64,000 nt of DNA from contig NC_058368.1 in assembly GCF_018350175.1 (NCBI RefSeq), positions 206,400,001 to 206,464,000 on the forward strand, given 5' to 3'. Every line of letters begins with the position of its first letter. Within the stretch, counting starts at the first letter, position 1. Positions 38,677 through 51,618 of the stretch are shown here, piece by piece. Below the pieces are notes generated by a model. That model was not told where the DNA came from, did not search any database, and was given only the letters and a program-made list of their open reading frames with translations. A program made the translations under genes and the position numbers. This DNA comes from Felis catus. Taxonomy: Eukaryota.

Positions 38677-38884
38677 GGCACCTGGGTGGCTCAGTCGGTT
38701 AAGTGTCCAACTTTGGCTCAGGTCATGATGTCACTGTTCGTAGATTCAAGCCCCGTGTTGGGCTCTGTGCTGACAGCTCAGAGCCTGGAGCCTGCTTCAG
38801 ATTCTGTGTCTTCCTTTCTCTGTGCCCCTTCCCCGCTCATCCTCTGTCTGTCTCTCTCTCTCTCTTAAAAATAAATAAACATTA
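38677..38884 (+). mobile_element. CAN-SINE
   Basis: A/B-box head, CT region, aataaataaa tail; TSD aaatcatgtgt. Confidence 0.93.
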
Positions 38885-39335
38885 AATCATGTGTTCCAAA
38901 GACATTGGATTTCATCACTGAGAAAGAACTCTAGTACAGAACTAAACTATATTATTTAGAGGAAATGTTAGAACCAAGCCGTAAAGATAGGAATCGTTAG
39001 ATACTGAGATATATATAATACTTGGTAATGTGAGTGAACCTTGTTGAGGTGCAGATTAATTTTTTTATAGGCTTAGAAAATGTGCATAAGTGATTCTGTA
39101 GGCTTTCCTCAGTAATAAAGGGATTTGTATTGACATAAACTGAACCATTCCCCATGTGCCTACTTTATAAAGTTAGATAAGGGGAGATGGGTTAGCATGT
39201 CTGCTTATTGCTTTGTGGTTATAAACTCAAGCTTAGCAGTGGTTGGGGTGAGGAGGTTTTAAGGGAGAAGGTCTAGACCCTAGCCTTGGGACATAGACTA
39301 TTCTGACACTGAAGTTTTCATGCACCTTGCTTTGT

Positions 39336-39589
39336 TTTTTTATATTTTATTTTTTATTTATTCTCAAGTTAGATAACATACAGTGTATGCTATGAGGGAG
39401 GCAAACCATAAGAGACTCTTAAATACAGAGAACAAACTGAGGGTTGATGGGGGGAATGGGTGATGAGCATTAAGTAGGGCACTTGTTGAGATGAGCACTG
39501 TGTGTTATATGTAAGAGATGAATCACTGGTTCCACTCCTAAAGCCAAGATGACAAGATTTCGTTCTTTTCCATCTCTGAGTAGTATTCC

Positions 39590-39627
<38 letters not shown>

Positions 39628-39875
39628 CTACATCTTCTTAATCCATTCATCAATTGATGGACATTTGGGCTCTTTCCGTAATTTGACTATTGTTGATAGC
39701 GCTGCTGTAAACATTGCAGTGCACGTGCCCCTTTGAATCAGCACTCCTGTATCGTTTGGATAAATTACTAGTAGTTTTTTGCTGGGTCATAGGGTAATTC
39801 TATTTTTAATTTTTTGAGGAACCTCCACACCATTTTCCAGATCAGCTGCACCAGTTTGCATTCCCACCAACAGAT
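39336..39875 (-). mobile_element. 5'-truncated L1 with internal inverted segment (39394-39549)
   Basis: Minus/plus/minus arrangement relative to the colinear copy at 44817-45392; TSD cttgctttgt at 39326-39335 and 39880-39889. Confidence 0.88.
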
Positions 39876-40589
39876 ACAACTTGCTTTGTATAATAAACTG
39901 TGTTTCACAGATGTCCTTGTGGCTGTGAATGGAGTGAAAGGAAGACCTCCTTGGAATCAGGTGACCTGTCCTAAGAGCCAGGTGGAGGCCAGTGTTCCTG
40001 AGGGCAGGGTAGCGGTAGGAGATAGTGGCTTCCACCTATGATCCCCTTCTGATGCTGACAGAGGCCAGTATTTTCTGAATATGGAGACACTTACTCCAAG
40101 TCTACCAACTTCTGAACTCCAGTTCCTGAACCCTGGGTCTTTATGTCTTCCAGTGAGAACTTAGTGTAAGTTTCTGTCTTGAGTGATTACTACATACCAG
40201 GGGCTTTTCATAGGTCACCTCATTTAACCCATACAGCTACCACAAGAGGCAAGTCTTTCTCATTTCCATTTCTCAGTCCATCCTAAGAAGGCTGAGGATC
40301 TTGCCTAAGGCCACACAACTAGTCAGTGAAACTTGGGCTCCCTTTACCATCACATGGGAAATTTCTTTCTGTTTGGATTTTAGAAAACAAGCCAGTACTT
40401 TTGAACTGGGATATGAGAAAGGAATCTGATATCACCCATGCTTCCATGTAAATTTATATTGTCAGCCTCATTTTCTTTAAAATTTTAAAGAGTTCTAGTC
40501 CCTTATGGGTATTCTTATGGTATTAGACCTTGGACAAGTTCCCCTTTTCCCTTTTCCTGTAAGAAAGAAAAAAGTTACCCAAAGAAATT

Positions 40590-40745
40590 TTAGCAAGTTG
40601 CTTTACTTCTCTAAGCCTTAGTTTCTTTATCTGTAAAGTGCAGATAACAACCATACTGATCTCATAAGGCTGCGATGGAAGTTGGGTGGAGATAGTGTGT
40701 GTAAAGCTGTGAACAAAGTCAGAATTCCAGATTGTTGTTATTATC
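40590..40745 (+). mobile_element. MIR
   Basis: gcaagttgctttacttctctaagccttagtttctttatctgtaaagtg. Confidence 0.7.
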
Positions 40746-41077
40746 ACTACTGTTTTCAGATAGTTTTTTTTTTTCACATGCAAAGGGAAGTGGGGACAGA
40801 AGTCTGTATGTGGAAATATTTTACCCTTCTTGTACTTAACCTAGATGAACAGAGAACTTAAGGTATGGTACTTCTGACCTGAGAAATTCTAACTCCCTTG
40901 TTTTCTGTTTTGAGAGTGGGGAAATGAACTCAGAGAAAATTCAGTGGCCATGAAGATGATTGACTGAAGATGCTGTAGGAGATATGTTCATTTTTTTCTC
41001 AATCTGGTTTGGTTAAACTGTAAGGAATACCTTTTTCTGTCATTCAGTGGTAGAATAGAAAATATAACCAGGGTTTT

Positions 41078-41293
41078 GGGGCATCTGGTTGGCTCAGTCA
41101 GTTAAACATTTGACTTCAGCTCAGGTCATGATCTCGCGGTTCGTAGGGTCAAGCCCTGCATCGGGCTCTGTGCTAACAGCTTGGAGCCTGGAACCTGCTT
41201 TGGATTCTGTGTCTCCCTCTCTCTCTGCCCCTCCCCTGCTCACGCTCTATCTTTCTGTCTCTCAAAAAAATAAACACTAAAAAAATTAAAAAG
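41078..41293 (+). mobile_element. CAN-SINE
   Basis: 21-bp TSD agaaaatataaccagggtttt at 41057-41077 and 41294-41314. Confidence 0.95.
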
Positions 41294-41504
41294 AGAAAAT
41301 ATAACCAGGGTTTTCAAATATGAAACATGTTAATATTTCTATGTATCTAATTTAATTTTGTGTGTGTGTGTGTGTGTGTGTAGAAGAGGCCTAAATTCCC
41401 TCTTGTCCCTCGTTTTTTATTTTGTTTTGTTTTTTCTTGTATTAGGATAAAAAGAAAGGCTGTGACTGTTAAATGTCACCGCATAGAATATAACAAGTTT
41501 AAAC

Positions 41505-41704
41505 TTTTTTTTGAACGTTTATTCCTTTTTGAGAGACAGAGAACAAGCAGGGGTGGGGCAGAGAAAGGGGGAGACACAGAATCTAAAGCAGGCTCCGGGC
41601 TCTGAGCTGTCAGCAGCCTGATGCAGGCCTTGAACCCATGAACTGTGAGATCATGACCTGAGCCGAAGTCAACTGCTCAATCGACTGAGCCACCTAGATA
41701 CCCC
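41505..41704 (-). mobile_element. CAN-SINE
   Basis: Complete unit; TSD core acaagtttaaa. Confidence 0.92.
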
Positions 41705-44700
41705 ATAAAATACAAGTTTAAAGACTAATATTCAAAATATTGACAACTGGCATTTGAATGCTATATACAAAATGTTATGCTTAAGACATGGCATCCTGAT
41801 GATCAATTTGACACAGGAAATCCTTCATAGTAGTCATGGAGAACTGGTCTGTATGTATAGAAATAGATCTTCCCATTGGTGCACTTGTAATTAAAAGACC
41901 TGTATTAATAGCACAGCCTCAATTTGGAAGTTTTTAAATCAACAAGAATTTATTGCAGAGCATTGTATTGCTGGGAAAAGAAGATGACTAAAGCCCCAGT
42001 CTCTACAAAGCAGTAATTTAAGGAAGGAAAATGGGAAAGGAAGAACACCATGTGTGTACAACAGACAGGATGATCTGCCTTGTCTGCTGGGCAAAGAGCT
42101 TTTGTATGCTATGGAATGCTGATGGCAGGAGCTCTGCTCTGCCTCTTCTGGGTAGTAATGGGTGTATGACCATTGATACCCTCATGTGAGATGCCTTCTG
42201 GCCTGGCCTCCGTTCCAAAAATACTTTCCTTTCAATGAACCGAACTTAGAAGACTTCTCCTCTCTTGGTAGTGTTTTTGTCCGATGGGGGGTTTGGTGGT
42301 TTGACTGTAGCAACTTGTTTTATGGTTTGAGTTCCGCCTTTGATTATGTAATCTTTGAACTATTTTATCATCCTTCACTTCCCTTTTTCTTTCACTTTGA
42401 AATGCAGAATATGACACAGAGTATATAGTGATGAGAAGTGTAGAGAGTGAAAATGGGAAGAAGTGGAATTTACAGCTACTGTGTGATGTGACAGCCTGTG
42501 TCCCCAACAGGGAAGACCTCTGTGTCTCCTCTAGACATCCCTGCCCAAGGAAGGCCTTTATCTTTTTCAGAGCAGCCCTCATAAGCTGGCCTATGGAGAA
42601 GCTCCAATCTTACATCTGATGAATTAGAAAGGCCCTTCCACCTTCCAAAAGGGTCCTTCCAGGTAATTCAGGAGATCCAGAGAGTAAGCTTTCTTGCAAG
42701 AGGGTAGTAGGTTAGTCCTAAAGATAGCTCATGGAAGTTTCTAGATAATGCTATTTTCTTACTTCCAGAGCAATTCAGACACTGTCACAAGAGCCAAAAT
42801 GAAGCCAAATGAAACCTCCAATTAGAACCTTGAAGTTTTGATGCCAATTAAAAATAAATGATGCTGTTTATGATAGAGTCATACATGGATCTGAGGGAGG
42901 AGGAACAAACCACAGAGAGGGACATTAAAAGCTTGATATTTAAAAATATGAGCAAACTTCATTAATAAATGAATGAATATTTCAGAGAGTATAGTTGCTG
43001 AGCTTGAGCCTAAAATGCTAATAGGGAATTCAAGGTTTTCAAGGGAGAAGATCATTAATGTAAAAAGGAGATAGAATGAGAAATGTGTAAAGGTTATGAT
43101 TTTTGAGTTTACAAAGTTAAAATGTTTTAGGGACAGAAGAAAAATTCAACTGTGTTTCCAGTTGGCGATATATTGCAAATTGTTGTTCAGGTAAATTGAC
43201 TTTGGTTATACCCAAACACAGAGCTTCTCAAAAGATCTAGTTTCTGGTTTCCCCAAGAAATCACAGAGCTGTTAATGTGCTTAAGTTTATATTGATATTA
43301 CTGTATGCTAATAGGATGGTTTCCCATTTTCCTTCCTAAGAAAACTAAGTTTTTCTTTTAGCAATTGAGGGCTTCTACTTACCCTTAAGCAGAGAGATAC
43401 TACCTAAAATGTCCTCAATTTTACTTTTTTTTTTTTTAAACAAATTTACTGTTTTGAGCGGCTGGTTCTCTTGTAGTTCCCAGTGTAAAGTCATCCAAAG
43501 CAGTGTTTTAATGTCAATCACAATCCTTCACACATGAGTGTGAGAAACCCTCCTCAGTTTACTAATTTCTTATTTCTACTGACATATAATCCTGCTGTTC
43601 TACATAATACATGGCATCAGGTAGAGTGGAAACATTTCTTTTCAGACAAGCTTTGAAAGGATGAAAGGAAAAATTTTCCTTAAATTGAACAGAGAAACAA
43701 TAGATGGTGAACAATTTCCCCTAAATTATAAAGCAATTATATTTCCTATTTCAAAACAGACTGCACTGGGGCATGGTTTCTTTCTTATTATATTTCTAAT
43801 AAAGTCCTATGTGAGAAGAGACAGAGCAATAGAAATTATTTTCCAGAAACACCAGATGTTGACCCACCTGTCTGATTACTGTTAAGAGGTCTAATCTTGT
43901 AGTTAGGTAAATACCTTAATTAAATCACATGCCATTTCTGCATCATTAGAATAAGTCAAAAGCTGAAGCTCTGTTCAGAAATTTGAGCTTGTGTTGGTTT
44001 GTATACTGTATACTGTTTGTATACTGCTCATATACATGTAGGCATCCACCAGGAAGAACTACTATGTCATTTTTGTAAAGCCAGATTCCAGCTTTGCTGT
44101 TCATCAACACTGAATCACTGTAGGCCTCCATTCCCTAATTTGGGATAACAATGTCCACTTAATAGGCTGGTTCTAAGTATGAACCAGCCTGATACGTAGG
44201 GAACACTCAGTGGATGTTAGCTGTTGTCTATCTCTTCTTTCTTCTGTTATAATATTGAAGCAATCTCCCTTAACCATTATCATCATCTCTATTGACTGAA
44301 TTGCCTAAGGTAATTATTCATTCATTTATTCAACGTTTCATTCAAAAATACAAATTTGATATTATGTTTATTTTAAAATGAACAAAAACATGATTTCTGC
44401 TTCTAAGAAGTTCACAGTCTAACACACCAAATTAATTCCAGAATTTAAAGCTGTCTTTTAACTAAGTTGCAAATATCTGTTTCCCATTTCAAGTACATCA
44501 TCTTTCCTTACTGAGTTACATGGTCCTTTTACTCAGGGATTCTCAACATTGGCTGAACACCAGAACCACGTGGGGAATTCTCTTAAAAATACTCATGCCT
44601 GGGCACTACATGGATCAGTGAAGTTAGAACTCTGGGTGTGGGTGTGTTTAAAAAGTTTGCAGGTGCAATTAAAGATGGAAATCATTGATAGCCCAAGCCA

Positions 44701-44816
44701 AACTTGACCTCCAGGCCTTATTCTGCATAACACTCTTTTGTTCCCCTTCCGTTGAGTGCGCCATTCCTTTCTCTTTTCTCTGTCAGTGTCCCCATGACCT
44801 TCAGAATACAACTTCA

Positions 44817-44924
44817 GTGAGCAATTGCACTGCTAGGAATTTATCCAAAGGATACAAAAATGCTGATTCAAAGGGGACATGTACCCCAATGTTTGACTAT
44901 CAACAATAGTCAAATTATGGAAAG

Positions 44925-44968
<44 letters not shown>

Positions 44969-45392
44969 GAATACTACTCAGAGATGAAAAAGAATGAAAT
45001 CTTGCCATTTGCAACAATGTGGATGAAACTAGAGGGTATTATACTAAGGGAAACAAGTCAGTCAGAGAAAGACAGATACCATATGATTTCACTCATATGT
45101 GGTATTTGGGAAACTCGACAAATGAACGTAGGGGAAGGGAAGGAAAAATAAGATAAAAACAGAGAGGGAGGCAAACCATAAGAGCCTCTTAAATACAGAG
45201 AATAAACTGAGGGTCACTCAAGAGGTGTTGGGTAGAGGGTAGGTTAAATGGGTAATGGGCATTAAGGAGGGCACCTTTGGGATGAGCACTGGGCGTCATA
45301 TGTAAGAGCCAAGTCACTGGGTTCTACTCCTGAAGCCAAGACTACATTGTATGTTAACTAACTTGAACTAAAAAAAAACCAAAAACCAAAAA
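44817..45392 (+). mobile_element. 5'-truncated L1 3' end with (CA)n
   Basis: ctaggaatttatccaaagg...aagaatgaaatcttgccatttgcaacaa...gagggaggcaaaccataagag...tgtatgttaactaacttgaa plus A tail; TSD acaacttca at 44808-44816 and 45393-45401. Confidence 0.92.
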
Positions 45393-46954
45393 ACAACTTC
45401 AAATACTTTGTACTACAATTTTCACCCTAGATTATGGTCCCTGTTCCTGTGGTGCCCTCTTTACTTCTATGCACTATTTTTCCCTTTTGGATATATTGAC
45501 AAATGAAATTTATAAAAGTTTTCTTTGACTATTTCTTTTGTGTTTTGTTTCCCAGGTCAGCATGGAAGCTTCTTGTGGAAGAGATAGAATGTTCTATTTT
45601 TTGGACACTGTTTCACAGTATCTTTACACTGCTTGAGGCTGCTGTGGCACTCAACAAATGGTTTTGGCCAACTGACTCACTTCTGGTAAGCTGACTTCTT
45701 CCTCCAGCCTATTTTGGTGTTAGCAGCTGTGGAATCACAACATGAATTATTGGACTTTTAGCTTGATTTTCTAACTCCAAATTTTAATGTCTTTCATCAG
45801 TCAGTTCTTTGGAATTTAATCTTCCTTCTTTCCCACGAGTGGAAATAAAGTATTCAAAAATTTCTTATCTTTGGTCAGTTTTTGGGAAGCTACCTGCATT
45901 AATTAAGCCCAAATATAATAAAAGCTATAGCATTGAACTATGTTCTGCTAAGCGTCTTGAATGCAGGGACCATGTCATATTTATCTTTGTGTCCCAGACA
46001 CATGGACAAGTGCCCGGCATACATCAGGTTCTCAGTAAAGATTTGTTGAATTAATTGAATTAGTTTTTTGGTCAAATTTAACTTCATTACCAGAGACATT
46101 CTGAATTCATTTGTCTTGCAGATTATTTGGAAAATCAGATGCATTTCTAATAGCAATTTTTCTCTGTATTTATCTTCTTATTACTCATAAGTTCTGGGAA
46201 TCTAACTTTCCTGTTTTATATTACTGTGTCTCCTTTAGCTTTTCAGTTTGCTGACATTCTTTCGGATTTTGTGTTTGCTCATGTTGGTCATTGGTCTGTC
46301 TGGCTGTCTGTGGATCTATGAATATGTAATACCATAGCTAAACAGGGCTATTCTGAGTTATTGCATTTAATGCACTTAATTTATTTCTTGAAGCTTATTA
46401 GAGAAAACAGGGAAATATGAAAAAGTAAAATAATATGTCAGCCAGTTATTTCACTCAAAGACCATCATTGAGGATCTTTTGCTATATTTCTTGTGTCTGT
46501 GCCTTTTTAAAGCAGGGTTGTGATCTAAACTCCAACTGTTTACTTGATTTTATATTTTGGTTTATTTCTTAATATTTTAAATTAAGTGATTTTCAAGGGT
46601 TTATAAACTTTTTGTTAAGTTCTACTTAATGGATCTATTATATACTAATACATAGATGTATAATCCTTTAAAAAAATCATTGTCTTGTTGAACTTTTGGA
46701 TTGTACCGTTTTTTAATTACTGTAAATAATCCTGTGATGACCACCTTCATACATAAAGAATTTTCTCTAAATAGCACTATGTTCTAGAAGCTGGGTCCAA
46801 AGATATGAACATTTTCAAGTTCTTGATACAGGCGAATAAATTGCTTCCCAAAAGATTATAATCTCCCACAGCCCTGACTATAGTGCATCAATATTTCCCT
46901 TTTTAATGAACTCTTGTCAGACTTGAGGACCTATTTTTATTTTTGTTAAAAAAA

Positions 46955-47174
46955 AATTTTTTTTTATTAATGTTTCTGAGAGAGAGAGAGAGAGAGAGAA
47001 TGAGAGAGAATGCATAGGAGGGGGAGAGAGAGAGGGAGACACAGACTCTGAAGCAAGCTCCAGGCTCTGAGCTGTCAGCACAGAGCCCGACGTGGGGCTC
47101 AAACTCACAAACTGTGAGATCGTGACCTGAGCCGAAGTTGAATGCTTAACCTACTGAGCCGCCCAAAGCGCCCC
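46955..47174 (-). mobile_element. CAN-SINE
   Basis: Complete unit; TSD ttgaggac(c/t)tattttta. Confidence 0.93.
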
Positions 47175-47850
47175 TTGAGGACTTATTTTTAATATAAAAA
47201 TGATAATTTTTATTATATTTAAGATCCCCCTACAGAGTCCCACTGTGGCACATGTCTTTATGATTTTACTCCATTCACTATGGTATATTGCCTCACCTAT
47301 GTGTGAATCTTTCCACACCAATACTGTCCTGATGCAATTGCTGATAGGAAGAAACAGGTTACTTGGGTTGGTTTGAAAGAGCTGCTCTGTGTGTGTGATA
47401 GAGGCTGGTTGGAGTGTGCAGCTGTGGATGTCCTAATAGAGATGTGTGCGTGAGCCAGCATGTCATGTGTGATAGTATATGTGTTTGTAGGTTGGGGATA
47501 TCCCCAAAGAGAAATTGAAGCTTAATTCTTTGGCTGGAATTCTTGATACAGGAGTTTGGGTATTTAAGCTAGAGAAAGCTATGATACAGTCACAGGGCAT
47601 CTACAGACCTCTAAAAATGGAGTTGAATGTTTTCTAATGATAAAAGGCAATGTGGGCTCTTTGGAAGGCTTCAGTTGACTCCGTCTATATCCTCAGGCCA
47701 CTTCCATATTTCATTGTAATTTTTTGTGTCCATTATCACACCAAAAGAGATGAAATGTGGTCTTTATTTTGGCAATGGGGTTGCCCATCCCCCCTTGTCA
47801 GAAGGAAATTTTATTTAGGACCATGTTCAAGTTGGCTGGAGCACTGTGTC

Positions 47851-48064
47851 TTTTTTTTTTAATGTTTATTTTTATTTTTGAAAGAGAGAGAGAGCACATG
47901 AGCAGGGGAGGGGCAGAGAGAGGGGGAGACAGAGGATCCAAAGCAGGCTCTGCACTGATAGTGCACTATCAGTGCAGAGCCTGATGTAGGGCTCGAACCC
48001 ACGACCCGTGAGGATCATTATCTATGCCGAAGTCAAACACTTAACTGAGCCAACCAGGTACCCC
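47851..48064 (-). mobile_element. CAN-SINE carrying a 40-bp perfect palindrome
   Basis: TSD tggagcactg at 47837-47846 and 48065-48074. Confidence 0.93.
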
Positions 48065-48940
48065 TGGAGCACTGGTTTTTAACGTGTCATGAAAGTAGAC
48101 CAAAGTCTACTAAAGTCTATTAAAATGGTGCTACATGGAGAGAGAGATTTTATGGAAAAATATGAAATATTCATTTTTCAAGGTACTAATCAAATGTCAC
48201 ATCTTCTCTGAAGTGTTACCTGAACACCCTAACTCGTTTGCTCTCTTATAGCACTGGGACCCTACCTCTGTTGTAGCAGTAACACTGAATTAGAGTTATT
48301 TGTTTACATGACTATTCCCCTCTACCCAATTATGGTCTTGTAGAAGGCAAAGATAATGTTTTACATATTGTATCCCTAAAACATTATAGACCCATGTAGT
48401 ACCTCACAGGGTCTGACATCTGACATATGATCATTGGTTAGTGGATGATGGAAACTTGGAGATGTAGGAAGAAATGCAAACTATTCTTAAATGGATGTAT
48501 CCTAAACAGCATGTATCTTAAATTAGCTTCTTTCAGTCAAAACAGACAATATGGAAATGTGCTCTTCAGTTTATAGATGAGGAAGTGGGTCATAGGAGAG
48601 GTGAAGTGACTTCCTCAAGTGGCACAGCTGACTGAGACACAAAGCCAGGTTCAACATGCAGATGTTCCAGTTCTCAGTTCCATGTTCTTTTCAGTCTATC
48701 TCAGTGTAATTCACTTTCAAACAGTGGATGAATAGAAGTTATTTTCTAATTATGTGGAGGAAAACATCCAGCAAAATAAGCTTCCTTCATTATGGTGCAA
48801 GTTGATTCCTTCTGGCGTATTTGAGACTAATGCAAATGGAGGAACACTCTTAGTCAACATAAGGTTCATGGTATTTTTGGACTTCATAAAGAAGATTAAA
48901 GAACTAAATCTTCTTAGTGGAAGAATTTATAAAAATTGTA

Positions 48941-49152
48941 GGGGTGCCTCAGTGGCTCAGTTGGTTGAGCGTCTGACTTTGGCTCAGGTCATGATCTCAG
49001 GGCTCATGAGTTCGAGCCCTGCATCGGGCTCTGTGCTGACAGCTCAGAGCCTGGAGCCTGCTTCGGATTCTGTGTGTGTGTCTCTCTCTCTCTGGCCCTC
49101 CCCTGCTCATGCTCTGTCTCTCTCTGTCTCTCAAAAGAAATAAACATTAAAA
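48941..49152 (+). mobile_element. CAN-SINE
   Basis: ggggtgcctcagtggctcag...gttcgagcc B box...aataaacattaaaa. Confidence 0.93.
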
Positions 49153-49349
49153 CATTTTTTAAAAATTTTCATGTTTTAGTGTTAGTCACATACTTATGAC
49201 TTCTAACTAAGCTTTATATTTGAGTAATTGTCATACCTGTATTTATACTTCATAACTTTTTGTGAGTTGAATAGTTGAGTAAACTTACATAATACAAATA
49301 AAACTGTGTTTGGCCCCTAGTGCAGCAAGTGCTCAATATTTTTGTTCTT

Positions 49350-49551
49350 CTTTTGCTTTATTTTTGAGAGAGAGAGAATGAGGGAGAGAGCGTGCATAAG
49401 TTGGGGAGGGGCAGAGAGAGAGAGACAGAGGATCTGGAGCAGGCTCTTCGCTGACAGCAGAGAGCCCAATTTGGGGCTCGACCTCACGAACTGTGAGGTC
49501 ATGAACAGAGCCGAAGTTGGACACTCACCTAACTGAGCCACCCAGGTGCCC
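49350..49551 (-). mobile_element. CAN-SINE
   Basis: Complete unit ending cccaggtgccc. Confidence 0.92.
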
Positions 49552-49611
49552 TTCTTTTTCTTAATATGTTTTTTTTTAAACATATTTCCAAGCTTATCTA
49601 TAGTTCTTTCT

Positions 49612-49900
49612 TTTTTTAATTTAATTTAATTTAATTTAATTTAATTTAATTTAATTTAATTTAATTTAATTTAATTTAATTTTTAAATTTACATCCAAGT
49701 TAGTTAGCATATAGTGCAACAATGATTTTAGGAGTAGATTCCTTAATGCCCCTACCCATTTAGCCCATCCCCCCTCCCATAATCCCTCCAGTAACCCTTT
49801 GTTTGTTCTCCATATTTAAGTCTCTTATGTTTTGTCCCCCTCCCTGTTTTTATATTATTTTTGCTTCCCTTCCCTTGTGTTCATTTGTTCTGTATCTTTA
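49612..49900 (-). mobile_element. Short felid-type L1 3' end whose tail is a (TTTAA)~13 pentanucleotide repeat
   Basis: tttacatccaagttagttagcatatagtgcaac...gtttgttctccatatttaag...cttcccttccc. Confidence 0.85.
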
Positions 49901-51149
49901 ATGTAATATTCTTTAACCAGATTTTTTTTCTGTCCTGAGACATTCAGAAGAAGCTCTGAGAAGCTTTTTTATGGTAGCTAGAAGAAGCAGTTGACAATTT
50001 AAAAGAGGTTATTTTGGGCAAAGGGAGGTTCCAGAAGAGACAGTTGACCTAATATACACCAGTCAGTTCATACTGTTGACAGGTTGCCATGTCAGGCTTT
50101 GATAATTAGGATTCTACTGGGCCTTAGAAGGGGCCAATCCATGAAGTAAATCATTCTCTTTCTTTCTGTCTTTTCCTTTCAAAAGTGGACACTGGAGGAA
50201 GCCGGTGCAGGAGGGTCATATGAGAACCAGGCAGTGTCCTGGTTTTCTAAGAACACAAAGGCATCGAGTAGATACCATGAAAGCAAAAAAGACAAAATCA
50301 AAACAACAAAAATAAACTTTGTATCTTCTGAAAACTGGAAAGTGACATCTGAGAATGGTAGAGAAGAGGGACAAAGGGACAGAGCATGGGGGTTGTGAGG
50401 GAGCACAGGCCCATAAGTAAAGTCAGTGTTCCACATGGGTTTCTGTCTGGTCTTTCTGCCATGCTTTCCAGCCAGGTGGCCTCCATGTCCTTCGATTTCT
50501 CCATTAGTAAAAACAAGATGGATGACAAAAGGTTTTTTGCTGGGTCTTTTGGAATAAGATAAGGGAATGTACCATTAGCTAGGATGTCCATTTAATCTAA
50601 CCATCACCATAGTCTAGCTTACGGTTTTAATTAGCACTATTTTCTTTGATTATATTTAATTACCCTTATAAGCCCTAAGCATTTTGGCAGGGATGCAGTA
50701 GAGAAAGTTACTATAAACCAAATTATGAATTTTATTGCTATAATTGCAGTTGAAACCCATGGCATCAATTAAATCCTCATTTCTTATTTACTTGGTTCAT
50801 GCGATCATCATTCTAGGTATGTATAAAATCTCCATGTGACATAATTATGTAATTTCTTAAGCAAAGGAGCTCCAGCACATTAGTAATACCCTGCTTAGGA
50901 GAGGCAGGAGTCTAAAACCTTGCTGGTAATAAAACTGGAAGCGTTGTGAGAGCCTAAACCATGTCTTTTTCTTTCTTTTCACTCCACATCATGTAGCTCA
51001 GATCAAGGAACATAGAAGAAGTTTAATAAGTGGTTCCTATGGAGACACTGATGCTTCATCTCCCCAGTTACCTCCATGTTCAATTGCTTATGGTCTGTCG
51101 CAACTTGACAGGTAGGTTTAAGTCTATGTTCAAGTTTCAAATAGCATTG

Positions 51150-51500
51150 AAGTCCCAAAATCTTCTGCAGAATCAGAGTTCCAAGATATATTATGGTAAC
51201 TACTCTTAGTTGCCACAACAAATAAAACCTTGAAATCTCCCGGGCTTACCAAATAAATGCTTAGTTCTTACTTATTTCCTATTTTGCTGGTATGGAATTT
51301 GGAACGTGTGGTTTTCTGGGGTGCTTGTGGGTGGGAAAATGGAGACAGTTGAGGTGCATTGGCTCTTGCCTGCCTTGGCCTGGAAGTGACATGCATCCGC
51401 TCAGAGTCCTTGGGCTAGAATTAGTTACATGATCCCAAATGTACTGTGAAATATAGGGGAGTTCATGGAATATTCATTCGATGAGCACTGTCTATGACAC
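51150..51500. mobile_element. Old MLT1-type LTR remnant
   Basis: agttgccacaacaaataaaaccttgaaatctc...ggcctggaagtgacatgcatc...ggctagaattagttacatg. Confidence 0.55.
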
Positions 51501-51618
51501 ATCAGGATTTCTGTAGAGCCCTGGGGATTCTACCTGTAGCTTTAGATATTGACCTCTGAATGCCAAAAATGTAAACATACAGATGAGCTCACCTGTCAGT
51601 TCTATGGGAAATTCTTTT

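Noticed and set aside
38677..38760. tRNA-like A and B boxes
   Set aside because: Heads of tRNA-derived SINEs followed by CT region, A tail and TSD; not tRNA genes.
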